Positions 11,640 through 24,793 of a stretch of 64,000 nt of DNA are shown piece by piece. The first letter of the stretch is position 1. Every line of letters starts with the position of its first letter. Under the pieces are notes generated by a model that saw only the letters and a list, made by a program, of their open reading frames with translations, was not told where the DNA came from and ran no database searches. Made by a program: the position numbers and the translations under genes. Source of the DNA: Octopus sinensis (lineage: Eukaryota). The stretch lies in the NCBI RefSeq assembly GCF_006345805.1, contig NC_043000.1, positions 149,234,001-149,298,000 of the forward strand, in the 5' to 3' direction.

Positions 11640-12720
11640 ATCAATAAAGTACAATAGATATTAAATAGTAGTAACAGTCTACGCGCGTTTCGTGGCTATA
11701 TTTTCAAATAGATAATAATAATAAATCGATCTAAAATTAATTCTATTTAAAAATATAGTCACTCATCAGGTCTAAAATAATAAATAAAAAAAAATAATAA
11801 TAGAATAAATGTACTTGTATTAACTTATACTAATTATCAAATAAATATATATATAAATACGTGTATTAACTATGAATAATCGAAAAACATTTACCAATAT
11901 TTCTTAAAATAAAAACAAAATTTATCTTATCGAAGGATTTTTGTTAACTAAAAATTTAAACGTAATACATAGAACTTAGTGTTTATAAGAAATGTATCGC
12001 GTGAAAATATGGCGTAAATAGAATTTATAGAAGAAATAGATAGAAATATGTATTTAAGCTATTAAAATTACAAATGTATTTTAGCTGTGAGAATAAGAAA
12101 AAAATTAACTTTAATGTACCATTTACTGGAAAAATTGTAAAGTCTAAATAATTTAAATACTAAATACATAAAATACATAATATAATAAACATAAATTAAG
12201 CTAAAATTCTATAATTTAATGTATTTTCATTTATTTATTTATTTTATAAACATCTAATTTTCATCTTATTCTAATTATGTAATATACACTATATAATCTC
12301 ATGCTAATTTATACACATTTTACTACTACAAATTATAACTACAACAATTAGTAAAATAAAACAAGGTTTATATATATACACAAATTAGCTAAACTTATTA
12401 TATAAGTTAATTTATGTCTACATATAATTTTCTGTTCGTCTAGGGAATTAATCAATTTTTATTATTAGTTAATAACATCTCCTTAAATTCGTTAGTACAC
12501 AATAAACAAAAATTACTACCTATTCAATATGATTTTGCCTTACAAACTGTCTCCCAATTTAAATTGTACTTAATATGTTTAGATTTTAGTTCCCACATAT
12601 ATTTACTAAGGCCAGTAGAATTAATTAAATTTTTATTCTTAAAATAATTTATGTGTTGAGCCACCCGTAATTTAATTTTATTATATGTAAAATCATTCGT
12701 GATTGTATTGTCCATTCTTT
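11640..12720 (-). mobile_element. Penelope-like element 3' part (GIY-YIG tail and AT-rich terminal region)
   Basis: RVAQHINYFKNKNLINSTGLSKYMWELKSKHIKYNLNWETVCKAKSY is a typical PLE endonuclease C-terminus, with a hammerhead motif downstream. Confidence 0.78.
11674..11774 (-). ncRNA. Type I hammerhead ribozyme motif (PLE-associated)
   Basis: Minus strand: agac-CTGATGA-gtgactatatttttaaatag(loop)ctatttgaaaatatagccac-GAAA-cgcgc-GTA-gact. Confidence 0.72.
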
Positions 12721-12739
12721 GTATATCTTTATGGAAAAT

Positions 12740-13445
12740 AAAAAAAATCATGGTTGTGGCAGTGCATGTGTGTTTTTGCATGTGTGCATATATGGGATGG
12801 CCAGTCGTGAGTTACAGCAGTTTCAAGGCTGTCTGACAAGCCGTCTGTAGGGTGTGTGAATGGATGTGCATGTATGTGTGTTTGTGTGTTGGCATGTGTA
12901 CGTAGACATAGCGGGAATGTGTGTATGTGTGGACATGTGTATGGGTGCATGTGTACCACTCTGTCTCTGTCTGTCTTTGTCTCTGTATATTTCTGTGTGC
13001 GTGTGAGTGAATGTTGAAGTGTTTATGTATGTGCGTTCATGTTGTGTGTGTGTGCATGTATGTGAATGTTGTGTGCGGAGGTATATGTGCATTTGTATGT
13101 TTGTATGTGTGTGCGTCTGCATGCGTGTGTGTGTGTCTACATTGTGTGAGAGGAAGAGAGGGGTGAGGTGGAATGTGGGTGCATTGTTTGAATAGGTGAG
13201 GGTGGTGGTGGTGGTCATGTGTGCATGTGTTGGGATGTGTGCAGGGACAGAGTGGGAATGTGTATATGTGTGTGTATGCAAATGTATGGGTGTGTGTGTG
13301 TGTGTGTGTGCCATTCTGTTGGGCACTCTCTCTGTATAAATGTGTGTGTGTGTATCTATTTGTGTGTCATTCTGTTGTATGTGTGTGTGGAAGTGTATCT
13401 ATGTGTGTGTATATTTGTGTATGTGTGTGTTGTGTGGGGTTGTGT
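12740..13445. repeat. Degenerate (GT)n-rich low-complexity tract
   Basis: About 700 bp of imperfect TG/TA alternation. Confidence 0.85.
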
Positions 13446-13446
13446 G

Positions 13447-13540
13447 CAGGGCTGTGGAGTTGAAGTTGGAGTTGAGACAATTTTTGTGTTTTAGGGATCA
13501 GAGTCGGAATCGGTGAAAATCCGCTAACTCCGACTCCTCA
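13447..13540 (+). mobile_element. Probable hAT left terminus
   Basis: cagggctgtggagt...gagtcgga...actccgactcc subterminal motif. No matching right end was found. Confidence 0.45.
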
Positions 13541-13552
13541 AAAATATTATAC

Positions 13553-13778
13553 TGTTTACTCTTTTACTTGTTTCAGTCATTTGACTGCGGCCATGCTGGA
13601 GCACCGCCTTTAATCGAGCAAATCAACCCCGGGACTTATTCTTTTGTAAGCCCAGTACTTATTCTATCGGTCTCTTTTGCCAAACTGCTAAGTAACGGGG
13701 ACGTAAACACACCAGCATCGGTTGTCAAGCAATGCTAGGGGGACAAACACAGACACACAAACACACACACACACATAT

Positions 13779-13828
<50 letters not shown>

Positions 13829-13988
13829 TATGACAGGCTTCTTTCAGTTTCCATCTACCAAATCCACTCACAAGGCTTTGGTCGGCTCGTGGCTATAGTA
13901 GAAGACACTTGCCCAAGGTGCCACGCAGTGGGACTGAACCCGGAACCATGTGGTTGGTAAACAAGCTACTTACCACACAGCCACTCCT
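13553..13988 (-). mobile_element. SINE family A
   Basis: Full-length reverse complement of the 4718-5110 family. Confidence 0.88.
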
Positions 13989-14382
13989 GTTTGTTTGATA
14001 AAAAATATATAGTTTATTTAATTATGTTTCATAATAGAACATAATCAAATAATAAACTGAACAACAATAGAAGTGTCTAAAGCCAGCTAGAGACGACGAT
14101 CTCTTGGGGCTATAAAGTAAGACCCCCTCCCCAATGTGGTTAGCCATGATAAGATGGCTTCTATACTTTACTTTATAGAAAATAAAATTGTTAAAGAGAA
14201 TGTAGCATTCAAGGTTTCTGCACAAATTGTTCAGCTAGATACTAGATAGTCATTTATAACGATAATTTAATTCTGTTTCTTTCGTTTTTAGTGTTAAAAT
14301 TCTGAAGAAAATTTTTTATTTTCTTTAATATCACTGTGGCTTCTATCCTAACTTTTTGTGACAATATATAATATATAAAGAG

Positions 14383-14526
14383 AATACCAAACTCATTCCC
14401 TATGGATACTGTATTTATTACAACTCGTGGCTTGTAAACGTATCTAACTCGCTTTCGCTCGTTAGATACGTTTACAAGCCACGAGTTGTAATAAATACGG
14501 TATCCATAGGGAATGAGTTTGGTATT
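14383..14526. mobile_element. Near-perfect fold-back element
   Basis: About 66-bp arms with one mismatch around the loop tcgctttcgctc. Confidence 0.85.
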
Positions 14527-14954
14527 TTATTTATTACACACGAATAAACGACCATATTTTATTAACCCAATAACTAAATTCTTCACGTTTAGTTGTAACT
14601 TATGAATGACAAAAGTAGTGCCGTCACCGTGACCTCGGGTCATCACCATGAACTGACCAATCAGAAGCAGTGCTGTCACCGTGACCTCGGGTCATCACCA
14701 TGGATTGACCAATCAGAAGCAGCGCTCGCAGTATCTGACATATGTTAGATACCAAAAATATCTCAAAGTGTTCTCACTCACATGTGTGTAATAATAATAA
14801 ATATTATAGTAATTTAACAATGCTTACTCATTAGCACTAATTGTAATTTATGTGGTCAGTGTTTTTCATGTTTGATTTGTTTGTTTTTTTTTTCAGAATT
14901 AAATATTGTTTATATTTCCATTGATGTTGTTGATGTTGACAGTCCCTACAATAT

Positions 14955-16925
14955 AGAAAGAAAAAACAAATAGCTAAATCTACTAAATCTAGTGTATTTG
15001 AACACTTTACTATCACTGAAGTTAACAAATATTTTGTGTGTCAATGTATGGTTGATGGAGAAGATAGTAATAATGATGATACTGGAAAATTTTGTAACAG
15101 CAAAATATGTGCTTATAGCGGTTCTAATAAAAACACTCTTTCAAGAGCAGGTAATTTGAAAAGACATTTAGAGTGCCTCCATCCAAAAGTCTTAGGAAAA
15201 GTAAATGAAAAGGATAAAACAAGTGTAAAAGGCCCAAGTGCACAAGAAGCAAAGCCAAGTTCTTCACCATCAGTTAGTGGAATGTCAATTGCAAAGCAAA
15301 CAAGTGTCACAAAGTTCTTTACTTCTGACAAAATAACGATAACAATGACTACAGAAACATTTAAGAAGTATCTTATTGATATAGTTGTACAAAATGCCAT
15401 GCCTCTAAGTTTATTTTCACAGCAAGCATTTCTTCAACTCAATGGTGAAATGGCTAGAAAGTTTGATGTTTCATTAGATAGGCAAAGTATCAGAAAACTT
15501 GTTGTTAATGAAGCAACTGCGAAAAAAGAATTGCAGAAAACTCTCCAGAGCTGGTACATGTTTTTAAAAATGGATGCAGCTACATGGCATAAAGTAATGA
15601 TGATGGTAAGATTGTGACAAAGACACTGGCTGTTAAAGACACCAAAGCAAATCATGATAGTAATTACCTTCAGGCCTTGATAGAAAATGTTATGAAAGAA
15701 TATCAAATCCAAAAGAAACAAGTTATCTGCATTGTTACTGATAATGCATCAAATATGATTAAAACTATTGAGAAGTTGAATGCAAATGAAGAAATCGCTG
15801 ATGATGAAAGAGCTACTATAAATCTTGAAGAAGAAGAAGTAATAGAACAATCAGAGGATTCGGATAACACACTTGATGTTGCTGTCTCACTTGCTGAAGA
15901 GGCTTCAAAATGTTACCAAATACGGCACATGCACTGTGCAGTGCACACCTTACAACTTGCTATAATGGCTGGTTTCAAAGATCCCCATGCAGCAACTCTG
16001 ATTGAAAAATTAAATCAGGTAGCCATAGCAGCAAGAATACTCAAGATTGATGCTATAATCAGAAGACTTGGAAGAAAAGGAGCTATACTTGATAAAGCAC
16101 TTATATGATGGTAAAAAGGGTGATTGAATTAAAATCTGTCCTGGAAGATATTGATAACCCTGCAATATCATTGAGTGAACCATGCAGTGGAATCAGGCTA
16201 CTGAATTAGAAGAACTTCTTGTTCTTCCATATGCAATTACTGAGAAACTACAAGCTGAAGATTTGACTGCAGGACAGTTTCTGTGGGAATGGAAAAATTT
16301 GATATTCAAGCATAGTAGAAGAGGGGGTTTAATTACTAATGGGATAATAACTTCTATGGAAAGAAGGGAAGCTCAATTAACAGAAAATGAGATATTGCTG
16401 TCTTCTGTGTTTGTTGATCTAAAGAATCAAATTCCGTTAGATGACAATCAAATTACTAAATCAAAGGAAACTCTGTCATCCTGCTATAGAAATGAAGGGA
16501 CTATTACCCATATCTTCAGAAATGGAAAATCCAGACATTCACAATATTTCGGTAGAGTCCGAGTTTCAGTCATCATCTTCCAATGATGATGACAATTTTG
16601 ATAAATATCTGGAAAGATTGACAAAGGAAAAAGTGAAAATTGAAAAAGTACATTTGGAACCTGTCAAAATTCAAAGAAGAATTCAATACAGCACTAAAAG
16701 AGATAGAGAAATATGATCGTTCATGTGCAACACCATTGGAAGAACTTGTTCAGATTTGCCCTGAAATCATCAGAGAAGCAGCTAGCATGGTGACAGCTAT
16801 TCCTCCTACTCAAGTTAGTGTGAAGAGGCTTTTCTCTGCTTGAAAACTTAGCAAGTCAGATCTCAGAGTTTCGATGAAGGAAGATGTTGCTGATGCTGTT
16901 TTATTTCTTAGGACTTACAGTTAAA
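14955..16925 (+). pseudogene. hAT (Ac-like/ZBED-type) transposase, frameshifted
   Basis: BED finger (SSVFEHF..CQC..C..NLKRHLECLHP), IVTDNASNM, HCAVHTLQLAI, and the dimerisation motif PPTQVSVKRLFS, split across ORFs 15036, 15614, 16182 and 16640. Confidence 0.9.
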
Positions 16926-17075
16926 TTTATGATTTCTCTAAATTGTTCAGTTTTACGCCAAAGGATTTAATGATTTTTTAATGTTTAATATAAACTTACT
17001 TTTATTTCTATTTCATTTACGTTTATGATATAGGAATTATACAAGATTTATTTATTTATTTATTTTTTTTTTTTT

Positions 17076-17290
17076 TTATTGCCCACAAGGGGCTGAACAT
17101 AGAGGGGACAAACAAGGACAGACAAATGGATTAAGTCGATTACATCGACCCCAGTGTCTAACTGGTACTTAATTTATCGACCCCGAAAGGATGAAAGGCA
17201 AAGTCGACCTCGGCAGAATTTGAACTCAGAACGCAGCAGCGGACGAAATAACACAAAGCATTTAGCCCGGCTTGCTAACGTTTCTGCCAA
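17076..17290 (-). mobile_element. tRNA-derived SINE, family C (Meta-domain-like core)
   Basis: Minus strand contains gtcgactttgcctttcatcctttcggggtcgataaattaagtaccag. Confidence 0.82.
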
Positions 17291-17902
17291 AGATTTATAA
17301 TGTGTGTGTGTGTGAGTGCTTATGTGTTTAAGCTGTTCCTACTTGTATACATACATATCTTTCATCATCCATCATTTTGAATCAGGGTTTTGTCTCTGTT
17401 ATCAGGAGTAGCTCGATCTACTTCTATGCTATATATATGCATACAGGCATATCTCTGTACCTATGTATTCAATTTTATTTTATTGCTTTTTTTATCATTT
17501 CCTTTTGGTGATTATTCTATTTTATATTTATATTTCTTTATCTTATTGAAAGTTCTATGTTTGTGTCTTCACAGCACATATGCACACTCATTAAGCCACT
17601 CCATGTATTTTATCTAGTAACTGGCACCAGCTGTCTGGAATCCCTTAGCTTCTTATGACTTGGAAGTGTCGACCAATTTAACACCACATATATTTAACAT
17701 CAAAATAGCAGTCCTCAGTTTACTCTATCAATTGCCATTGAGATGAGAGAGTCAGTATCCATCCTGTACGATTTGTGCAAAAAATCCTATATGTTAAACT
17801 TTATTTCACATGAAGAAAACTGTTTTTTTACATGATGTAATTGATTTATTCATCAATAAATAACATGTTTGAAACAGCTGTAGTGAACCTCAGTCCATTT
17901 GT

Positions 17903-17941
<39 letters not shown>

Positions 17942-18358
17942 CAAAGTAGCTGGCAGAAGACCTGCCTGGGGTAAACTAGTAGTAACATGGTGCAGCCCTT
18001 GCTAAGTACACCTGCCACCCAGCTTCCTTTACTTATATATATATATATATTCCATGGGGTGCATGGGGGCCATGGAATTGGTTCCTGAAATGAGGAACGC
18101 AAGGAACAGGACTGGAAAGGGGAATTTCTGAGGGAGAAAAAGCATTTCTAACAGCTTATGAGGTCAACAAAGATGATTGCACTCCAAAAAACTGCTGGAA
18201 AAAAAATTTCTAGTACTGAAATTGGGTTGGTGTGGAACTATAATTTTACTTATTTTATTAGGAAGTAAATTGAATTATTTATATTATTGTTTCACATGCT
18301 TTTTATTTTGTGTGAGAATTTAGTTCTAAACTGCTTTTTTTTTTTTTTTTTTTTTCAG

Positions 18359-18588
18359 GTGCTGGTTCAGTCTGGAAAACTGTAATTCTAGTTCAGTATG
18401 TTAGACTTCAAAGCTTAACACATTTGAATAAGGACCAAAACTTCACTTGTGACACTTCTGTAAAATCATACAAAAAGAACAATTCTCAACACATGGATTG
18501 TATAAATGGAATGATGGAAAAGACTCCAAATGGCCAAATAATTCAAGTGACTTATGGTTTCTCCATCTATCTCTCTTTGTTTCCTTGA
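18359..18588 (+). other. Candidate host-gene exon (unidentified)
   Basis: (T)20+CAG acceptor at 18358, followed by a 76-codon open frame AGSVWKTVILV...QVTYGFSIYLSLFP*. No homology recognised. Confidence 0.25.
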
Positions 18589-18864
18589 CTTTGCTGTGCT
18601 ATATTTGTCAGTTACTGTATGGTATGAATATATTTGGGCATGCATTGATTTTGTTAACCTGACATGGTTCATAAAAACAGAATGTTACAACTATGTAACT
18701 GTTGTGCTTCTCACACACACGTTTTGAAACTTTTGTATATAACCTACAGAATATTGTTACTGTTTGCTCCTATTTTTCTCTCTCTGGTCTGTTGTCGTAA
18801 AGCTTAACTTCTTCTTCAGTTAACAATTCCTACTAATTCTTATCAATATCTTGATGTCATCTTA

Positions 18865-18927
18865 AAATCCTTAAATCCTTAAAAATGTTTTAGCCCGAAG
18901 GCCGCGGCCATGCTGGGGCACCACCGC
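18865..18927 (-). mobile_element. Isolated CR1-like LINE/SINE 3' tail
   Basis: gcggtggtgccccagcatggccgcggccttcgggctaaaac followed by (atttaagg)n. Confidence 0.65.
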
Positions 18928-20021
18928 TATATACAACTCAGTATATACAACTCAGTAGAATAGGTAGCTAAATAAGTTTTAGAAATATATCTGTTCATAA
19001 AAATATTTTTCCTCTCAGTATAAACATACTATATCCTGTTATTTGGCTATAGCTAGATGATGACGATGACAACAACAACAACAACAATAACAGCAGCAGC
19101 AACAGTAAAATTATTCTATAACAAACCTGTTTTGATGGATTGCATCTATAGTTAGGTCAGTAGTATTTTGGATCAAAGTATCATTATCATAAATTCTTCA
19201 GTTCATTTCTTTAAAAGGAAAAAAGAAACCAACTAATGTTTGCACCATTAGTTTTTTTTATTTTAAATTGTTATTTGGTTTGAAGTATCTGGTTACATTA
19301 TTTTGTAACTAATAACTTATACTTGTCTGGGGCATCATAACCACAAACCTGTTTAAAGATGTTATGGGTGGTTTTATATGTGTGTGTGTGTGTGTGTGTG
19401 TGTTTATATATCTCAGTTTTGTGAAGAAAACTGTGTCTCTATATACTGTAAAAGGCAATGAAAAGGGTTGGTATCTGGCCATAAAACACTGCCTGGGGAA
19501 AACCGTCCAAGTGGACGTAAAATGATCATGCTGATCATGATGATTGTGTATGTGTGTATTTATGTACATTGTTTTTCATCCATAACTTTTTGCTTGTCAG
19601 TATATACAACTCAGTAGAATAGGTAGCTACATAGGTTTTAGAAATATATTTTTTTCTGGAAGTTTAGAAAATATAAATTTCTCTAAGTAAAATCCCACTT
19701 TTATCCATTTAGCACTACATTTACATTTTAGTAGCACCATTAGTAGTTGTAAAACTAATTCGTATGTAATCATTATGACAGAATTCTTAAAACATTGGAG
19801 AAAATGCCATCAGATATTTCTTCTGGCATTTTACATTCTGAGTCCAAATCATGTTAAGATCAATTTTACCTTTCACCCCATTGAGTTAGACAAGTCTTCT
19901 TAAGCACATTATTTGTGCCTAAATTGTTAGAAACAGTTTTAAGCTTCCCTAACAATAAAAATAAAATAAAATCCTTGCTATAATAATTTTCAATTTGAAG
20001 GAGGCAGGTTGGCAGAAACAT

Positions 20022-20165
20022 TAGCACACCGGGTGAAATGCTTAGCGATATTTCCTCTGACTTTAGATTCTGAGTTCAAATTCCACTGAGGTTGACTTTG
20101 CCTTTCGTCCTTTCGGACTTGATAAATTAAGTACCAGTTGCATACTGGGTCAATCTAATCGACTG
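20022..20165 (+). mobile_element. SINE family C, partial
   Basis: ggcaggttggcagaaacattagc...gactttgcctttcgtcctttcgg...aagtaccag. Confidence 0.78.
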
Positions 20166-20974
20166 CGATAAATTCTGCTGCTTCTGTTTAGACACTCTTT
20201 TGGAAAGTAAAAGAGATTTCAGCAATGTTAGTATTCTATGTGGAAAGCTTAGACTAAACAGATAGAGAATTAGTTTAGTAAATTGTTCAAAACTGTAGAT
20301 TAATGCAAATCAGATTGTTATCTCATACATGTGAATGTGTACAATTCCGAACCTGGCAGGGAGAGCAAGAGAAGTTGTTACACTTGAGTTCTCAATGAAA
20401 TGAGGATCTTCTGTGCTGATAGCATCTTGTTTTTTTTTTTTTCTTTTCTGGATTTTTTTTTGGTCATATGACATGTATGGTTCCAAGTGATGTTTGTTGT
20501 TGTTGTTGTTGTAATTTTGCCACAGATCAGCATAATTAAGCAGACCTGTGGTCAAAGGTGTTTCACCTCTCAATTTGTCTTTTTTTTTTCCAACATGTAA
20601 TATATTTAGGTCTATAGTATCTATAATGTCCTTCCTTTTTTTATCATCCCATCTATGTTCTGATCCCTGTTCCTTGTGAGTATACCCTGGTACTTTGCCA
20701 CCATCTCTCTCCTGCTCTTTTTTGCACTCTTGCTGTCTTCCACTCTTTTTCTCTTGCTCTTCCCTCTGGCTGGGTAACTGTATATCTCCTTTATAGCAGC
20801 ACATCTGTTTCTGTTCTCATTCTTGATCACTCTCTCTCTCTCTTGTTGGGTAACCATGTACCTCCTGTACAGCAAGACACCTGTTTCTGTCTCTTTGCCT
20901 CTCTGTCACACTCTGTCTTTTCATCTCTAACACAAGATCCCCTCCTCCAATGCCCCCTCTCCTCTCAAAGATTC

Positions 20975-21295
20975 CTTCTCTTGCAAGTTACTTGGTGACC
21001 CTGGCAGTGCTGGTGCCACATAAAAAGCATCCTGTCTACACTGTAAAGTGGTTGGCATTTGGAAGGGCATCCAGCTGTAAAAATCATGCCAAAACTGACC
21101 TCACCTGTGCTGGTGCCATGTAGAAAGCACTCAGTCCACTCTGCAGGGTGGTTGGTGTTAGGAAGGGTATCCAGCCATAAAAACTGTGCCAAAACAGACA
21201 CAGAAGTTGGATGCAGTCTTCTTTCTGGCCAGCTCCTATCAAACTGTCCAACCCATGCCAGCATGGGAGGAGGACGTTAAAAGATGACGATGATG
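20975..21295 (+). mobile_element. RTE LINE 3' end
   Basis: ggaagggcatccagc motif twice; ends gttaaaagatgacgatgatg. Confidence 0.72.
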
Positions 21296-23523
21296 GTGTG
21301 GCTACTGTTTCTTTCTTAATTACTTTTGTTTCAGGTTCAATCCATATTTAATCTATCACAGCTACAGGTTGACCCAAGTCTTATGAGTAAAATTAAGTAG
21401 ATGGAGACTGCAGAAGCCAACTGGGGAAGCATATCTGTTCTTGGATCGTACTTAATCCTTCACCTTGTTCACTATCACTACCTGCTTTTAACAATTCACT
21501 CAATTGCAAGCATTCAAACCAGGTCTTTGGCTTGTGGTTTATCCCTCTTTTTCTCATTAGTCTCAGAGCCCTGCACTAATGTTGGCTGCTGTTCTTTCTT
21601 CTTTAAACTATTAAAAAAGAGAAAAAAATCTAATCGTTTAAACACCATTTTAAGAAACTTTGATACTGATCATTTTATATGTTCAAATAACTTTAAATTG
21701 TATTCTTTTATTGCATTTGGCATTGGATTATACAATAAATTATCTTTAGTTTTAGTAATGATGAACAGATGAGTTCCAAATAGTATATATGTTTTTTCTT
21801 TCTTTGGAATACTTATCTTGAAGACGATAAATTACTTTTAGCAATGTCTTATATCTTGTATATTCATTAATTCTATGTATTGAACTATATTTTTCTATTG
21901 ATATTCTTTATTCAATAGTTACTAGGTCCTTAATATCCGGTGTTTCCATTCCTCTAAGGCTTTATGTGATACAGAAGCCAGCATTTCTTACTGTTGATAT
22001 AAATGGATTTGATGAAATTCAATAGTTTTGTGATATTATCCTCTGCTAATTGACATATAAGGTTTGAAACAAAACTCTTTGCAAGTCTTTTATTTCTGTT
22101 ATAACAGTCAAGAGAGCATGTAAAATATGTAGTGCAGCTAAATTATCCTTTCTATTCACACATTTTTGTGACCATGGCAAAATATCCAAAGCCAATATGA
22201 AATCTTATACAGGATTTTCAGATTCTATGCATAAATATGTGGTTTATAAGATCTTTGCATGTTATGCATTTCAGTTTTTTTCATGTCTCCATAGTACTTC
22301 CTGTGTGAAGCTGTGAATGCAAGACTCTTTTCTTTAATGATGTGAGTTCTGCTTTTCTTTTTTAACTTGATATGGTGTCTGAGAAAGCAAAAGAAAATTA
22401 AGAGAGCATTTAAAAAGAAAAACTACTTGAGATAATTTTCGTAAATAGTCTTTTAATTTTTATTAAAAAAAAAAAAGAGCAAACAAAAATCATCTTTTAT
22501 ACGTTTTTTAACTGGAATAGGACATGTATTTTAGTTATAAGTTATATGTGATTTTTACTTATCGGAATATTTGTTCTTTTGTAAATATGACTGGTGTACC
22601 ATACGCATACCTTCAACTGATTCATTTACATATTGTTTGTGATTTTTGAGAAACTGTCTTTAGCAATTCTGAGATATTAGTATCATCCCAAAAACTTCAT
22701 AAAAAAAAAAAAATGAAAATTAGAAACAATGAAATTGAATATATTTGAAATTTCTTTGGTGCTAAATTTTAAGCATGATGTCATTTTAAATCATTTTGAG
22801 AATTTTCAAACAGTTACATGCATTTATGCACACACATACATACACACACACAGCTATTTATTATGATAGTTTTAAAGTTTTCTTTATTATGCTTTTGTAT
22901 AAAGATTGTGCAACTTTACTTTTTATTAGTGTATATACAACAAATTAGTATGAAAAAGTTTTTTTTTTTTTTTGATAAAAAAATGTTCAATACGATTCTA
23001 TTAAGAAAGTGATGTTTTTCGTTTTTGCTAAGCAAATAAAATAGTTCCAAATTGGAATCAACCTGATCTGTTGATGTGTAGATATTCTTTTAATTATTAG
23101 TTTATACATGCATTAAAAGGGCATCAAATCTTTACACTGTTTTATTTCATTCATCTATTTGTTCCATTGTTGAGTATTACAAGAGTATTTCTCCATTTAT
23201 GATCTACTTAATTTTATGGAATAAGCTATTTTATACATTTTATATATATTCTCATTTTTCTATAAAGCAATTTATTTTTTTAACTGCATTTATCAAAATT
23301 GCAATTTTTTACATTGTAACATTACAATTTTTTTTTTATTCACTTGTTGGCTGATTGTAATTAATATTTTATAATTTTTTTTTTTTTTTTTTACAATAAA
23401 ATTTTGTTATTGGTTAATCAAGTTGATCGCTTCTGATCATAAACAGAAAGATTTTTCATAGACCTCTTTAGTTGGCTCTTAACATTAAAAGCCTAATTGA
23501 AAGAAATAAACTTACCCCACCAA

Positions 23524-23559
<36 letters not shown>

Positions 23560-23656
23560 ATATATGTGTGTGTGTGTGTATGTATATATGTATATGTGTA
23601 TATATGTATGTATATGTATATATGTGTATGTATATATATGTGTGTGTGTGTGTATG

Positions 23657-23687
<31 letters not shown>

Positions 23688-23692
23688 GTATG

Positions 23693-23727
<35 letters not shown>

Positions 23728-23862
23728 GTGTATGTATATGTGTATATATCTATATGTATGTATATATATATATGTGTATGTATATGTGTATATATCTATA
23801 TGTATGTATATGTATATATATGTATGTATATGTGTATATATCTATATATCTATGTGTGTGTA
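23524..23862. repeat. Compound (TA)n/(TG)n microsatellite
   Basis: Directly visible; source of the YIYI-type ORFs. Confidence 0.95.
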
Positions 23863-24092
23863 TACATTTAAAAGAAGAAAAGAAAATGGAGATAAAGAAG
23901 TTAATAATTGTTTATTTTTAACTTCCGTATCTCCATTTTCTTCTTTTAAATGGATATAGACCATATACTTAATATATACCTATTGTCTCAAGGGAATTTC
24001 ATTCCCCATAAATACTAGCTATTGAACCTATATCTCCTTGAATGCAACCATCCTTTCATGAGGTTAGCATATCCTCTAATTAAATTTATGTA

Positions 24093-24129
<37 letters not shown>

Positions 24130-24635
24130 TACACACATACATATGTATATATATATACACACACATATGTATATATATATATACACACACATATGTATAT
24201 ATATATATATCTATATATTTATATATGTAGAAAATGAAGAGGAAAATAAAGAAAGCTTCTAATAATGGAGAAAGTTTTTTTCAAAAAAGGCCTGTATATT
24301 TCAGGCACAACGGCCTTTCTCCAGAAGGAAGCAGTTCAAGAAATGTCTAGTTACATTGATTTTGCTATTTTATTTTAAACTGCTCAGCATTTGGGTTAGC
24401 ACTCCCCAACAGTTGGTACAAGCACTTCTTCAATTGCTGGTTGTGGTCATTGTGACATATTTTCATGTGGTGGTGGAAAATTGTGTTGTTAGTCTATGTC
24501 TTGATCTACTGCTTCAACCTGAAAGTCAAAGATCAATTGAATATGGGCCGGTGACTCCTATGAATATATCACGGTGGCTATGATCAACATCATAGCATAC
24601 ACCACCAACACCATGTGAAATACATATACACATAA

Positions 24636-24793
24636 CCACTCGCAGAGTGGTTGGCGTTAGGAAGGGCATCCAGCTGTAGAAACACTGCCAGATCAGACTG
24701 GAGCCTGGTGCAGCCCCTGGCTTCCCAGACCCCGGTCGAACCGTCCAACCCGTGCTAGCGCGGAAAACGGACGCTAAACGATGATGATGATGA
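24636..24793 (+). mobile_element. RTE LINE 3' end (similar copy at about 31247-31417)
   Basis: gagtggttggcgttaggaagggcatccagctg...ggacgctaaacgatgatgatg. Confidence 0.8.

Noticed and set aside
20310-20804. 164-aa minus-strand charged ORF
   Set aside because: Arises from CT-rich low-complexity sequence; no homology or splice support.
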